A DNA stretch of 64,000 nucleotides from a virus (IMGVR_UViG_3300033121_001553:122820-186819); one strand, 5' to 3'. Shown: positions 1-11,013, numbered from the stretch's first letter. Numbers and translations: made by a program. Notes: a model not told the origin generated them from the letters alone.

Positions 1-1
1 T

Positions 2-2071
2 GCTGTACGCGTAGTTGATCCAGTCGTACAACGCTTTCATTACGACGTTATTCTCTGTTGAGTCATGCTCAAGTATCTTGAACAGAGACTCATCTGTTAT
101 TTCAACTGTTTGAGAGCTTATAACGTTATTTGTTCCAACAGCTTTTCTTATTGCGAATACTAGCTGAACTGATGCCCTCTCTATTGCAGCCATAACTGGT
201 GATTGAGAGTTATTCTTTGATGCAGCACTCTTGTATTTGAGCCTCAAGAGAGAAAAATACGTAAACAATGCTGCGAGCACGTTATCGTTTCTTGATGCTA
301 TTTCTATCATTGCAAGAGCATGAGCGATAACATTCGTTGGCATAGACGACTCTACAAACCCAGTCTTTGTAGACTTTACTGGTTTCTTGATCCTCGTCTC
401 TCCAATAGTTCCAGCTGTAAAATCAACAACAGCGAGATGATCTAGCAATGACAAAAACAACGTATCATGTTCTTTTGCACTTGTTGCTTGATCTTTAGGA
501 TCTGCGGTTATTGCGTATGCATCGATGTACGACAAGAAACTAAGCATACCGCCGAATGTACTTGTCAGCAGCTTAAAAAGCGCATTGAGACGTTCAGGAT
601 TTGGCTCGCTTGTACCATCGAATCCAGCGAAATAATAGTCTGCTCCTGGTACAAAATCAATATTTGCGCCGACTGTATCATTTCTTTCAAACAATGCAAC
701 ATTTGCATTAGCGCGTCCTTCTGTGTAATTTTGCATACGCAATGAAGTCATTGCAGTATAAATTTGCGTCGTTGCATTCTGCTGATTATCGAACACATTC
801 GACGGAAACTGCCCAAACACAGTATCAAACATCTTTCTATTACCTGCGTCTATTGGTGCGTACCCGTACTTCTGTAGTTCGCTAACGAATGATTCATTTT
901 GCAATGCTGTCGAATATCTAACTTCCTTAGCAACTGAGTATAGCATCAATGCGCAATACTGCACTCTGTCAAGCGAGCCAACATATTTTTTGATTTTTTG
1001 GCTCTCTGCTGTAATCGTGCTTATGACTTGTTCAACTGTTTCTGAATTTGTAGCTGATAGCTCTCGATCAGAGAGAATCATATCAGACATTCTAATGAAT
1101 TTTGCAATATCAGAATTTGGTGTAACGAGCAGCTTATACTGTTCAGTATCATTTTGACGTGTTGTTGTATTACTACCAGCGTACTCTTGACTATGTCCAG
1201 CGAGCAAGTCACGTAGCTCATAAGCAAGCTGCATAAATTGTTTTGTTCCACTGAACTTTTGTATGTTCTGCTGCTTATAACCAAGTTCCTTCAACGCATC
1301 AGCGTACGTAATAGTTTCACCCAACAACTTTACTAGCGCTGAGTATTCTATATCTGCATCTGCTGAATTTACGCCAGCAGACTTCATGTACGAAAATACA
1401 GTCGTAAGCGTGTCTTTAACATTTATTTTAGCAACAGCCGGATCAAACAACAGCATCGTTGACTCAGACTTATCAACGTAATTTCGCAAATAGTTGACAT
1501 GTCTTCTGCTAATGATGCATTGCGAAAGATTATCTTTCTTTACTGTGTTATACAGTAGTTCAACAGCTTCGTTGTTAGCAGCAGCAACGCATACGTTATT
1601 TGTAAGCTTTTCTTGCATGCCAGCATACTCAGAGCTAAGTTTCATGCGATCGTAAGCGGGTGTTTCTCCGTGAACGCCCACGATTGGCAAAAAATTTGTG
1701 ATGCTAATAATTTCTGGTACGTAATGCGAAATACCGAGCTTCACCTTATACGTATTTTTTGGTGATTCTGCTACAGTCTGTTGAGGTTGTGATTTTGCTT
1801 GTGACTTTTGCTGTGGTGGAACTGCATTTTTAAATGCTGTGCTTGAATTTGCAACTTGCGTAGACTTTACGTTTGTCGCAACAATGGACTTTGCAGTCAT
1901 TCCATTGAGCGTGCCAACAACAGCGTCTGCGACTCCACCAACACTTGTTGCGTAGCTGCCCGGCGAAGTTGACTTCACTACTGTAACAGTATCTGTAACT
2001 TGCGCTGTTGGCTGCGTGCTTACGCTGCTAGCTGGAACAGCTTCTGTAATTTTCTTTATCAATGAAGTCAT
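2..2071 (-). CDS. large hypothetical protein, probably virion-associated (3' end runs off the window)
   Basis: Not in ORF track. ATG at 2071 overlaps the upstream TGA (ATGA); frame stays open to the window edge (MTSLIKKITEAVPASSVSTQPTAQ..., about 690 codons). Confidence 0.8.
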   Translation of the reverse strand, partial: MTSLIKKITEAVPASSVSTQPTAQVTDTVTVVKSTSPGSYATSVGGVADAVVGTLNGMTAKSIVATNVKSTQVANSSTAFKNAVPPQQKSQAKSQPQQTVAESPKNTYKVKLGISHYVPEIISITNFLPIVGVHGETPAYDRMKLSSEYAGMQEKLTNNVCVAAANNEAVELLYNTVKKDNLSQCIISRRHVNYLRNYVDKSESTMLLFDPAVAKINVKDTLTTVFSYMKSAGVNSADADIEYSALVKLLGETITYADALKELGYKQQNIQKFSGTKQFMQLAYELRDLLAGHSQEYAGSNTTTRQNDTEQYKLLVTPNSDIAKFIRMSDMILSDRELSATNSETVEQVISTITAESQKIKKYVGSLDRVQYCALMLYSVAKEVRYSTALQNESFVSELQKYGYAPIDAGNRKMFDTVFGQFPSNVFDNQQNATTQIYTAMTSLRMQNYTEGRANANVALFERNDTVGANIDFVPGADYYFAGFDGTSEPNPERLNALFKLLTSTFGGMLSFLSYIDAYAITADPKDQATSAKEHDTLFLSLLDHLAVVDFTAGTIGETRIKKPVKSTKTGFVESSMPTNVIAHALAMIEIASRNDNVLAALFTYFSLLRLKYKSAASKNNSQSPVMAAIERASVQLVFAIRKAVGTNNVISSQTVEITDESLFKILEHDSTENNVVMKALYDWINYAYS

Positions 2072-4296
2072 ATGTCAACCTGCGTTGTTATCTTTTTTCC
2101 GCTGCTGTAGTCAAGATAGAATGGTTTTACGCTGTATGTCATTGCACCGTCGTCTTCAGCATCAATGACGTAAACGTATTTTGATGTTCCGTACCCAGTA
2201 AGAACACGTGCGTGAGAAATTCCTATTACTTCATATGTTCCATCGTCATCGCACAGTCTTTCAAGAACGCATGAGTCAATGTCTGACGGTGACTTATCGT
2301 ATCCCCACTCGAACATAAGCGTTGAGCTTGTGAGTCTTTTGACTGAGAAGTTTTTTAGACTTGTTCTCTGTTCTGCGAAGTCGACAGCAACTGACGCATA
2401 GACTCCTATCTTTCCAAACGCGAATTGCGAACCAACATATTTTTGTTTTTGCGTTTCTGGTGTGCTTATAACGCCAGCTTTTAGAGCCGTCGGATGCTTG
2501 AATTTGCTAATCGGAAATGTATATTGCTTACCTGTAGTCAAATCAGTCTTTTGAACTCTAAGATTTTCTACCATGGTTTCTGTATCACGTAGCATTGGTC
2601 TTACAGTATAGACGTACCTTACACCATTTGCTAGTCTTTGCGCGCCAGATGAGTCAGCGGCTGCTTTATCGCTGTACGTTCCAGCAGGAAAAATTCCCAT
2701 GCTCTCTCTTTGACCGGTTGAAAGATTATGTCTTTCAACATCATAAACTATAACGGAACGCAATTTTTCACGGTTTGTAAGAAATTCATCACCGAAATAT
2801 TTTTCTATATCGTATGACTTCAACGCAGCTCTAAATTTATCGTAGTCAGAATCTTCAAACGCAAATGAGATGCCGAACGTGACTTCCGGGCTTCCATTTA
2901 CGATCGATGTTTGCTGATTTTCAATCAAAACGCGCCCTATCTTTTTTGCATCGTCAAAATACTGAATTATTTCATTACCGACGATCATGCTATTTCCGTA
3001 CGTGTCATACGCTCTTAGCACATATTCGTATATGTGACCATTTTTCATTGACGTATCGACAACGTCAAGAGAAGCTACACGTGATGTTGTTGGTAGCTGT
3101 ATGATTGAATTTTGTCTTGTTTTCGGAAAGCTAAATGACTCTACGATATCTCCAACTGCTACACGATCAGTTGTTTTCTCATTCAACGTAAGATCACGTT
3201 TAAGAACCTGATATGACATAAATTCTTTCGACAGCTTCTCAACATTGATCTTCATGCCAAGATCTGTTTGAAATGCTCTTATAACAACGTGCGAATCATG
3301 AAAATTTTTATTCTTGCCTGGTACGATAACTGATGTGTATTGACCACAAGAATTTTTCATTGAGTCTATTGCGACAATTTGAAAATGAGTTTCTCTATCT
3401 TCTGCAACAGATATCTTCGTTGTGATATCATCAGAAAAAAATAGCAGTTCAGACACAAGAGAATACTGCTCATTATTTCCACGTTTGTAGATACGTACGC
3501 CCGTTGTATTCCTATCGCCACGTGTTATGTACAGTTTTGCTTGTCCGCATCCTATGCGGACAACTTTTGCTGCTGGTCTCGATGTACGTTCAATAAACGC
3601 TGTTTTAGCGGATAGTATGTCAACGCTCTTTGTGATACTCTGTATCTTTTTTTCATTTGCATCACGTAGCGTAAATGTTACAACAAGCTGATCTACCCTG
3701 TCAACAGAATTTGTTGTGAAAAAATACTCTGTTGGAAGATTTACTTTAACATCTCTCTTTATCGTATTGCTTTTTTCAACTCTGTCAAAAATTTTTGGTT
3801 TGATCAGCTGTTGTTTGTCTGTTACGATATTCTTTACGTCAGATAGCTTTTTCAACTTTACAGCTGATCTAACAGATGATTCTTCTGACGTTACTGTTTT
3901 TGTTAGACTGAAGTTTCTTACTGGTAGATGCGTGATCTTTGATCCAGTCGACTGACTGGATTTCATCTTTGAACGTGCTATGTCTAGCAACGACACACGA
4001 GCGTCTGCAAGCGATGTAAGCTGATTTACAGTTTCTTGCTTGAAAGACGCAAATCCCTTTACGATGCTTGACGCATTCGTAATCTGCGGTTTAAGTTGCT
4101 GTTTTGCTGCTTTTTGCGAGTCAATCTTAGATATTTCTATGCTAACAGTTGACGCTCCATACGCAGACGTTACATTGGCATCAACATAAAACGTGATATT
4201 CGCTACGACAGATGAATTATCGTAACGTATAAAGTCAAAAAAATATTCTTCAACAGATACAGCTGGTATATCAAGTTTCTGTACTCTTGTAAGCAT
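2068..4296 (-). CDS. hypothetical virion structural protein (beta-rich, FN3/Ig-like segments)
   Basis: 742-aa ORF; FN3-like patterns (SYQVLKRD, YEYVLRAYD, YTVRP, MTYSVKPFY); structural gene context. Confidence 0.65.
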   Translation of the reverse strand: MLTRVQKLDIPAVSVEEYFFDFIRYDNSSVVANITFYVDANVTSAYGASTVSIEISKIDSQKAAKQQLKPQITNASSIVKGFASFKQETVNQLTSLADARVSLLDIARSKMKSSQSTGSKITHLPVRNFSLTKTVTSEESSVRSAVKLKKLSDVKNIVTDKQQLIKPKIFDRVEKSNTIKRDVKVNLPTEYFFTTNSVDRVDQLVVTFTLRDANEKKIQSITKSVDILSAKTAFIERTSRPAAKVVRIGCGQAKLYITRGDRNTTGVRIYKRGNNEQYSLVSELLFFSDDITTKISVAEDRETHFQIVAIDSMKNSCGQYTSVIVPGKNKNFHDSHVVIRAFQTDLGMKINVEKLSKEFMSYQVLKRDLTLNEKTTDRVAVGDIVESFSFPKTRQNSIIQLPTTSRVASLDVVDTSMKNGHIYEYVLRAYDTYGNSMIVGNEIIQYFDDAKKIGRVLIENQQTSIVNGSPEVTFGISFAFEDSDYDKFRAALKSYDIEKYFGDEFLTNREKLRSVIVYDVERHNLSTGQRESMGIFPAGTYSDKAAADSSGAQRLANGVRYVYTVRPMLRDTETMVENLRVQKTDLTTGKQYTFPISKFKHPTALKAGVISTPETQKQKYVGSQFAFGKIGVYASVAVDFAEQRTSLKNFSVKRLTSSTLMFEWGYDKSPSDIDSCVLERLCDDDGTYEVIGISHARVLTGYGTSKYVYVIDAEDDGAMTYSVKPFYLDYSSGKKITTQVDI

Positions 4297-4314
4297 CAAC
4301 GTTAATAATCATTG

Positions 4315-5169
4315 TAACTCGAATTTGATGCTAAACAACTTACAGAAACACGTAACGTCACTTGAATTTACATACAATTTTCCAACAATGTACGTTGACT
4401 TAGCAACCCTATACGCACTAAGCTTTTTTATTTTACCACCAGACACTTCAAAAAATTGAAATAGCAAACGCTTTTTTTCATCTTGGCTGAAGTATACTTT
4501 TTTTGTTGCAATGTCAGTACCATCAGTCATTAGCACATTTTTGTAAATTACACCTGTGCTTTTTTTTGTATCGCCATCTCTATATGTCGGTGGAAGATAA
4601 GAAAAATTCACAAGTTTCGCAAAACGTTTATCTTCTATCAATGTAGGTAGATCGTCGATAGACATACCATCGTACTTTGACTTTACGTCATCGTTGATCT
4701 TAAAAATCACTTTTTGATCAGATGTATTAAGATCATTTTCGCTTGAAAATTCATCATGCGTGTACAGCAGCTGAAGCTTTCTGAAAGCTTCAGCTGAAGA
4801 TTCTACGATATCGCCTACAATCGCTCCGAACGCTGCAGATGATGTAACGGGTGAGTAGACGCCATCTGACCCTGATAGTATCTCTCCGGACCTCACTGTG
4901 TACGAGTTAAGCGACTTGAATGGCTGCAAGCTTCCAAAGTCATCTGTCACGTATGTAATAAGATCGTGTGGTTGCGATGTCGACGCTTCAAGATGAGGAT
5001 AAGTCGTAGTATCAACTGTTCCGCTTACAAGATCTTTAGCGTACACAACATCAGCATCACTAAACGTAACGTAAGCTAGCTCCATAAGCCCTGATGCCAT
5101 CTGACGTCTTCCCTCGTCAGTAATAACGACATCCATCACTCTTGTCTTTGGATCTAGTATACCGCTCAC
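4315..5169 (-). CDS. conserved jumbo-phage virion protein
   Basis: GTG start at 5169 coupled to upstream TGA; N-terminus SGILDPKTRVMDVVITDEGRRQMASG resembles large-phage structural proteins (recalled, not searched); ends IKFE-TTA (standard stop 4309). Confidence 0.65.
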
Positions 5170-5435
5170 GATGTTTCTCTTTGGCTTATTATTGTTATTC
5201 CGGTAAGCGAGTGCCCAGAGTCTGGTGGACCTTCTGGATTCGTTGTTTGCCAATACTCGTGTTCACCGCCGGCAGTGTACCATCCACGCTTCAGATAAGT
5301 GACAGTTCGTGCAACTGATACATAAACTGTCACTGTTGACGTAAACGTAGGACGATCATTCTCAGAAAATGTTTGTATGTCTGATATGCCTGGTGTTACA
5401 GCTGATACGTCTGATGGTGTTTCTATTTGAGCCAT
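5166..5435 (-). CDS. hypothetical protein
   Basis: 89-aa ORF filling the gap, coupled to the next gene by GTGA overlap. Confidence 0.65.
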   Translation of the reverse strand: MAQIETPSDVSAVTPGISDIQTFSENDRPTFTSTVTVYVSVARTVTYLKRGWYTAGGEHEYWQTTNPEGPPDSGHSLTGITIISQRETS

Positions 5436-5447
5436 ATCATCTATGTA

Positions 5448-6644
5448 TCACGGTGTTCTAGTAAACTGTAGTCCCGCTCTCGTACCAACAGTACCAGGTG
5501 CGCTTCCAGACCACGGCACGCAGACACGTGACGAGTTTGCAGAAGTCGTACCAAAAAATGCGTGTCTGTCGCTCCAGTCAAGATTGTTGCTAAATAGTGC
5601 AACACCATAGCTATGCGATGTAAATTCAACAGTTCCGCAGTACCCGTACGTTGGCGCTTCATTGATGCAAAGACCAACTGGCCAGATATCGTATCTTGTT
5701 GAACCAGAGCCATGCTGCATATTTGGCTGCTGTGCTAGCGTACCTAGCACTGTCGTTGACATCATCGCTGTTAGACCAACCTTTGGGCAGTCGTTACCAA
5801 CATTTACGCGTGGATAAACACCACCTTCGTACGTAGAATTACCAGCAGTAGCGCCAATTGTAGTATTGTCAGCAGTTAGCGTTTGTCCACTGACTGTTCC
5901 TGTATAACCGAACATCGCGAATGGCAGCGTATGACTACTTGTAAATGCTTGAAGCGGTTTGTAAACACCCGCATAAAGAACATTATATCCGCTGCCAGCA
6001 CCAGCTGGCGTAAATACGCTAATGATGCTATCTCTCATGACGTAGAAAGAATAACGTGATCCACCCACAACGCCACCAGCAGCAGATGCAAAGTAAGCAC
6101 AATTTTGCTTATTAGCTGCATGAGTTCCACCAGCATTATTTGAGCGTGGCAATACATGTGATCCAGATGCCCACACTGACGAGCCTTTCGTATCTGCTCC
6201 ATTCGCGTTTGTTGTACCATTCCACGGTGATGTTCCGTTTGCCATCCACGCCAGCTGAATTCCTACAACGTTTGTTGGTGATGCAGCACCGATAGCTAGT
6301 GGGTTACCAGGCGTAGAACCATACGAAGTTGTACCAGCGTGCTGCAGCAAAATGTAAAAATCTACATTTCGTTCTGATGTTGAACCGCTGATTGAACCTG
6401 ATGGAAATTTCCATACGCTGAACGCACCATCTCCTGTGAATCTAGGCTGATCGTAATGGTTTGTACCGCCAACGTTCGCGCCACCTGCAACGCCCGTACT
6501 ATACGCGATCAACTGGACATAACTTGCTGATCTTGCAGAGTTTAGTAGCTTGAACGCGTTTACGTACATATCATTCGTGTGCTGCCACGCGTTTGCTGTA
6601 TTGCTGTAGTGGTCTATCGACATATAGATGTTGCTGTTGGCCAT
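5448..6644 (-). CDS. Gly/Ser/Thr-rich virion protein (tail fibre/spike-like)
   Basis: Likely start ATG 6644 (MANSNIYMS) after GGTG SD-like sequence; G/S/T/N-rich beta composition. Confidence 0.6.
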   Translation of the reverse strand: MANSNIYMSIDHYSNTANAWQHTNDMYVNAFKLLNSARSASYVQLIAYSTGVAGGANVGGTNHYDQPRFTGDGAFSVWKFPSGSISGSTSERNVDFYILLQHAGTTSYGSTPGNPLAIGAASPTNVVGIQLAWMANGTSPWNGTTNANGADTKGSSVWASGSHVLPRSNNAGGTHAANKQNCAYFASAAGGVVGGSRYSFYVMRDSIISVFTPAGAGSGYNVLYAGVYKPLQAFTSSHTLPFAMFGYTGTVSGQTLTADNTTIGATAGNSTYEGGVYPRVNVGNDCPKVGLTAMMSTTVLGTLAQQPNMQHGSGSTRYDIWPVGLCINEAPTYGYCGTVEFTSHSYGVALFSNNLDWSDRHAFFGTTSANSSRVCVPWSGSAPGTVGTRAGLQFTRTP

Positions 6645-6654
6645 TATTTCACCG

Positions 6655-7773
6655 TAAATACGTAACATCAATCCATGCTCCGCGGCATGAAACGGATGAT
6701 GTGACAGATCCTGATATTGTTTTCCAAAGTCTCGCTTCAATAATTACTGAAGCTGTAATTGCGCTAAACACTGACGTTAGATCGGCCGATACATACGCCG
6801 TCGTCTGCGATGTTGATGTTAGTATCGAACTCTCTATTGTTCCAGGCGAACCGTACACATGTCCATAGACATCGTACAGATCAACAGCGACAGGCACTGG
6901 CGTTTCAGAAGTGTCTACTAGCGCTTTCCACGTATAGTTCGTAGCTGTTACATTGAACAACGATGGATTGTAGTGGAACGTTCCTATTGACTGCTTGCTA
7001 CCCGTAAGCGCTGTTGATGTTGTTGATACACCGCGTAGAATATCAAATGTCAACAACATTGGTTTCGATTGAACAGTTATCTGTCCATTCGATGCAGACG
7101 TTATATCTACGTTCTTCCCAGCGACAAGATAACTTAGTCCGCTAACAAGCCTTTGTAGTGAACCAGACAAGTTTGATGCATTCACTTGACCAGTAAACGT
7201 TGTTCCACTGACTGTTGCGACAACGTTATTGTCTATAGCAACATCGAAGTCAACGCCAGCGCCTGTATCTGTGAACTTGATACCCGTACCTTGCTGTATC
7301 GCTCTACTACCAGGAAGCGGAGAACCTTCGCTGTTAACAGTCAAATACGACGAAAATCTATCTGCATAAACAGAACCAGATATTTGAACTTGTCCATTCG
7401 ACGCTGTTGTTACAGCGACTCCACCAGTTCCTGCAAATGCAGTTTCGCCTGTTGATAGTCGTTGTAGCGAACCGGTTAGCTTTGGCGCTATGACTGGGCC
7501 AGTAAACGTAGTACCGCTAACAGTCGCAACAATATCGTCATCGATTGTAAGCGTATAGCTTCCGCCAGCCCCACCATCTGTAGCAGATATGCCTGTACCT
7601 GGTACGAACAGACGCTCATTCGTCAATGAAGCTGTAAGCGCAAGTACAAGGTACTGCGCTCCTGGATCACCGCCAGCCACGATAATACCTACTTCTTCCG
7701 TATTTATGACGACAGGCCTGGCCCTGAATGCGCCGTATACTTTCCTGAACCTTGTGTTGTCTCTTATAGACAT
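6655..7773 (-). CDS. tail-fibre-like protein with internal duplication
   Basis: Two copies of VATVSGTTFTG..L(T/S)GSLQRL..G......ASNGQ; ends WIDVTY-TTA (standard stop 6649). Confidence 0.65.
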
Positions 7774-7804
7774 TCATTCGCACCAATCCTGTCTAAGTAA
7801 AAAG

Positions 7805-9208
7805 TAAAAGTATTTTTGACGCCAAAGTAGCAAGCTGTGAACGCTCGCCCTTAATCAGCGTAACATGACCTGCGATATCGTAATCTTTGAATTTTTCAAT
7901 CGCGTAGCTTAGACCATTTGTATACATGTCAACGTGCGTATTGTCGATCTGCTCGATATCGCCTGTCAAAACTATCTTCGTGCCATCACCAACACGTGTC
8001 ACTATTGTCTTTAGCTCGTGCATCGAAAGATTCTGCGCTTCGTCTATGATTACGAACGATCCTGGAATAGATCTGCCACGTATGTAAGATATCGCTTGTA
8101 TCTCTATGATTCCACGCTCGTACATTGTGTTCAGATACGAATTTTCGAATACAGCCGTTTCGTTGCTGTTCTTGCTTGAACCGCGCTTTTTTGTTTTCGT
8201 TGATGTTTCACAGTCATTGTTGATCAAGAAATTAAGATTATCTCTTATGGGTGCCATCCATGGATCAAGCTTTTCTTCTATTGTACCAGGCAAAAAGCCA
8301 ATATCGGCTCCAACAGACTGCGTTGGTTTAGCGATGATAAGCTTCTTGTAGCGTTGCTTCTTTTGATCACCGAGTCCAGTAAGCTGCTCAAGTCCAGCTG
8401 CAAGCGCTATAAGCGTTTTACCGCAGCCTGCTTGCCCAAGCAACGTAACAAAACTGATTTTCGGATCTAGCAAGATATCAAAAGCAAAATTTTGCTCTTT
8501 ATTACGTGGTTTAAGTCCGTAAACGTTATTAACACTTTCGATAAACTTGAAACGCTCATCTGTGTATCTTGTGATCACTGACTTTAGCGTTCTGTCACCT
8601 TCAACACTTTTTATTACAGCAATCTCATTTGGATAAAATTTTATATCTACTGGTAGCGTATCTCTTGGTATGCTACCATTATTGTAGATCTCATCCACTA
8701 TGTGCTCTTCAACTTCAACAATTTTTACGCCTGTGTAAAGTCCACGCTTGTCGTCTGTAACGCGTATCTTTCTGTACTCTTCGCTTTGAATTCCAAGAGC
8801 ATCGCATTTGATACGTACATTTGTGTCATTTGATACGACAACGACATTTTCATGCGCATTCGACTTAAGCTTGTATGCTGTCAGAATGATAAGATTGTCG
8901 ATCTTACCATCCTTAATTTCTACTGGCACAGACGCGTATTGCGCCTCTTCTATATTCGGTGAAGAACATACACGTATGATGCCACCAGACTCTAGCTTGA
9001 TACCATCGAATAGTTTACCTTCCTTACGATAGTGATCAAGCTTACGCGAAATTTCTCTCGATGATTCACCAACTTCATCTTTTCTGCTTTTAAGCTTGTC
9101 TAGCTCTTCAATAACAGCCAGTGGTATTACAACTTCGTTATCATCAAACGAAGTTAGACAATTTGTATCGCTGATTAGAACGTTTGTATCAAGAACGTAT
9201 ATCTTCAT
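7805..9208 (-). CDS. phoH: PhoH-family ATPase with N-terminal PIN domain (PhoH2/YlaK type)
   Basis: PIN VLDTNVL..IEELDK; Walker A GQAGCGKT; YIRGRSI; IIDEAQN; LTGDIEQID; ends LASKIL-TTA (standard TAG 7793). Confidence 0.93.
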
Positions 9209-9245
9209 TTTGTATTCTCGTGCTTGTTTATTTTACATTTGCCGT

Positions 9246-9515
9246 ATGAAAGAACGCAAGCACCTCAACATTATCGCACATGACAAAATTACAACATGTT
9301 ACGATACAATAAAGCAAAGAAATGAAAGCTGCAAAAATTCTAGCTGTAGCTACTGGGTTGAACATCAGCAAGGAAGAAATTGCGCAATTGTTATTGCTGA
9401 GTCTGGTTCAGCTATGACTCTTGCAGCTGTCGGTGAATTGTTCAATTTTAGTCGTATGAGAATCTGTCAACTTGAAAAATCTGCAATTCAGAAACTGAGC
9501 TCTATCATAAAGTAA
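9246..9515 (+). CDS. small sigma70 region-4-type HTH protein with Cys-rich N-terminus
   Basis: MTLAAVGELFNFSRMRICQLEKSAIQKL matches sigma70 r4 HTH; four Cys upstream; start ATG 9246. Confidence 0.75.
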   Translation: MKERKHLNIIAHDKITTCYDTIKQRNESCKNSSCSYWVEHQQGRNCAIVIAESGSAMTLAAVGELFNFSRMRICQLEKSAIQKLSSIIK

Positions 9516-9924
9516 CATTTTGATTCTTTGGTGGACGTCCTTTTCTTTTTGCAGTATGCGGAACTTCATCTTCTTTTACAGTAGTGACATGAGTAGTATC
9601 GTTTACTTCTTCTGACACGCTGATAACGATATCAGGTTTAATTTCTTCGACGACTAGTTGCCCTACCAAAGCTGCTGTAGATTGCACATCAAGCGTAATT
9701 TCTTCGACGACTAGTTGCTTTGCTACAGTTGCTGCTGTTGTAATTTCTTCAGCAACGACAACTTGTTCTGGCAGTTCTTGTTTTTGTTCTGCTGTCTCTA
9801 CGCTAGCTGCATCAGCTTGTACTTCGTTTTGAACCCTAAATGTTCCGTTGACGCCTATTGTTTTCCACGCTTTTTTTGGATTCAAACCCTTTTGCGCAAT
9901 ATCTCTTAGTATCGCTTTACGCAT
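9508..9924 (-). CDS. hypothetical protein with acidic repeats and C-terminal AT-hook-like motif
   Basis: KRKGRPPK near the C-terminus; QLVVEEI repeat; ends TTA-TGA-TAG. Confidence 0.65.
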
Positions 9925-9925
9925 A

Positions 9926-9972
9926 AAAAAACCCTCGTACTCTGCATTATATAGAGAGTACGAGGGTTTTTT
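9926..9972. terminator. 18-bp perfect inverted repeat with A/T tails (bidirectional intrinsic-terminator-like; TATAAT in loop)
   Basis: AAAAAACCCTCGTACTCT-11 nt-AGAGTACGAGGGTTTTTT, 17 nt downstream of the TTA at 9990-9992. Confidence 0.75.
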
Positions 9973-9989
9973 CTACAACGTAGTGTTTT

Positions 9990-10322
9990 TAACTTCGCTG
10001 TCTCTACAGCCTTAACTTCGCCGTCTTTACTGCCTTCTTCAGTCGCTGTCTCTACAGCCTTCTTCAGGCTCTTCTTTGCCTTACGCTCCGACTTAAGCTT
10101 CTTGTTATTCGCAAGAATCTCATCAGAGAAATTCTTGGCCTTCTTACGAAGATCTCTAAGCGATGCTCTTGCTTCAACGCCAGCCGAAACAACGCCAGCA
10201 TGATTCTTTGCGACATTATTTTGAAACTCAGTCGCTGTTGCTGCGCTCATGAGATCATTCAGCAGCGTTAGCAGCGAGGTGGCGACAGTAACTTCAACGG
10301 TTGTATTCTCTACATCAGACAT
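9990..10322 (-). CDS. histone H1-like (Hc1-type) nucleoid protein
   Basis: AGVEARASLRDLRKKAK resembles the Hc1 core, followed by a Lys-rich tail; ends at TTA just before the terminator (standard ORF reads through it to 9906). Confidence 0.6.
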
Positions 10323-10380
10323 ATTTTTTCTCCATTTAGCTCGTTTTTAGATTTTATCCAGGTTTGAAGATAGTAAATCA

Positions 10381-11010
10381 TTATCTTCTTTTTGTCACAA
10401 CATTTTTCTTTGCAGGGACATCTTTTGTATCGCCGATAATCTGATCAGCAAGACCCAGTCTAACTGCATCTTCAGCATGAATGTAATGATCCTTCTGAAC
10501 ATTCATGATTGAAATCAATTCTTCACGCTTAAACTTTCCTTGCGTTTCCTTAAGCAAAAGATCTACCATAAGCTGTTGCTTGTATTTTAGCTCGTCTGCA
10601 TCATTAATGATGTCAAAAATCTTTCCGAACATTCCAGAAGAGATTGGATGAATCATCACAGAAGTTGAACGCCCTATCATACGCTTACCTTTAACTCCTG
10701 CCGCTAGAAGCAAAACACCAGCTGACATTACTTTTCCGATGCCAACGGTGATTATCGGGCATTTAACGTACTTCATAACGTCATAAAGCCCAAACATTTC
10801 ATCAATCGCACCTCCGTACGTAGAAAGGATCAAAATTATTGGATCGTTAGACATGCTAGCATATCCAAGTATTTGAGCGATTGCCACGGATATGCTTTGC
10901 TCATTTACGTCGCTCGCAATGTAAACATACCTTTCTTGCGGTTGCTGCAGCGCAATTTGCGGTTGATCCATCATTACATCATTTTTTGGCTGTATAGCTG
11001 ATCTGCCCAT
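10381..11010 (-). CDS. clpP: ATP-dependent Clp protease proteolytic subunit
   Basis: STYGGAI, GKVMSAGVLLLAAG (catalytic Ser), VMIHPIS (His), KDHYIHAEDAVRLGLADQI. Confidence 0.93.
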   Translation of the reverse strand: MGRSAIQPKNDVMMDQPQIALQQPQERYVYIASDVNEQSISVAIAQILGYASMSNDPIILILSTYGGAIDEMFGLYDVMKYVKCPIITVGIGKVMSAGVLLLAAGVKGKRMIGRSTSVMIHPISSGMFGKIFDIINDADELKYKQQLMVDLLLKETQGKFKREELISIMNVQKDHYIHAEDAVRLGLADQIIGDTKDVPAKKNVVTKRR

Positions 11011-11013
11011 GAT

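Noticed and set aside
9640-10062. Direct repeats of about 20 bp (9640/9697 and 9993/10042)
   Set aside because: Two-copy in-frame coding duplications (QLVVEEI, KAVETA), not att sites or arrays.
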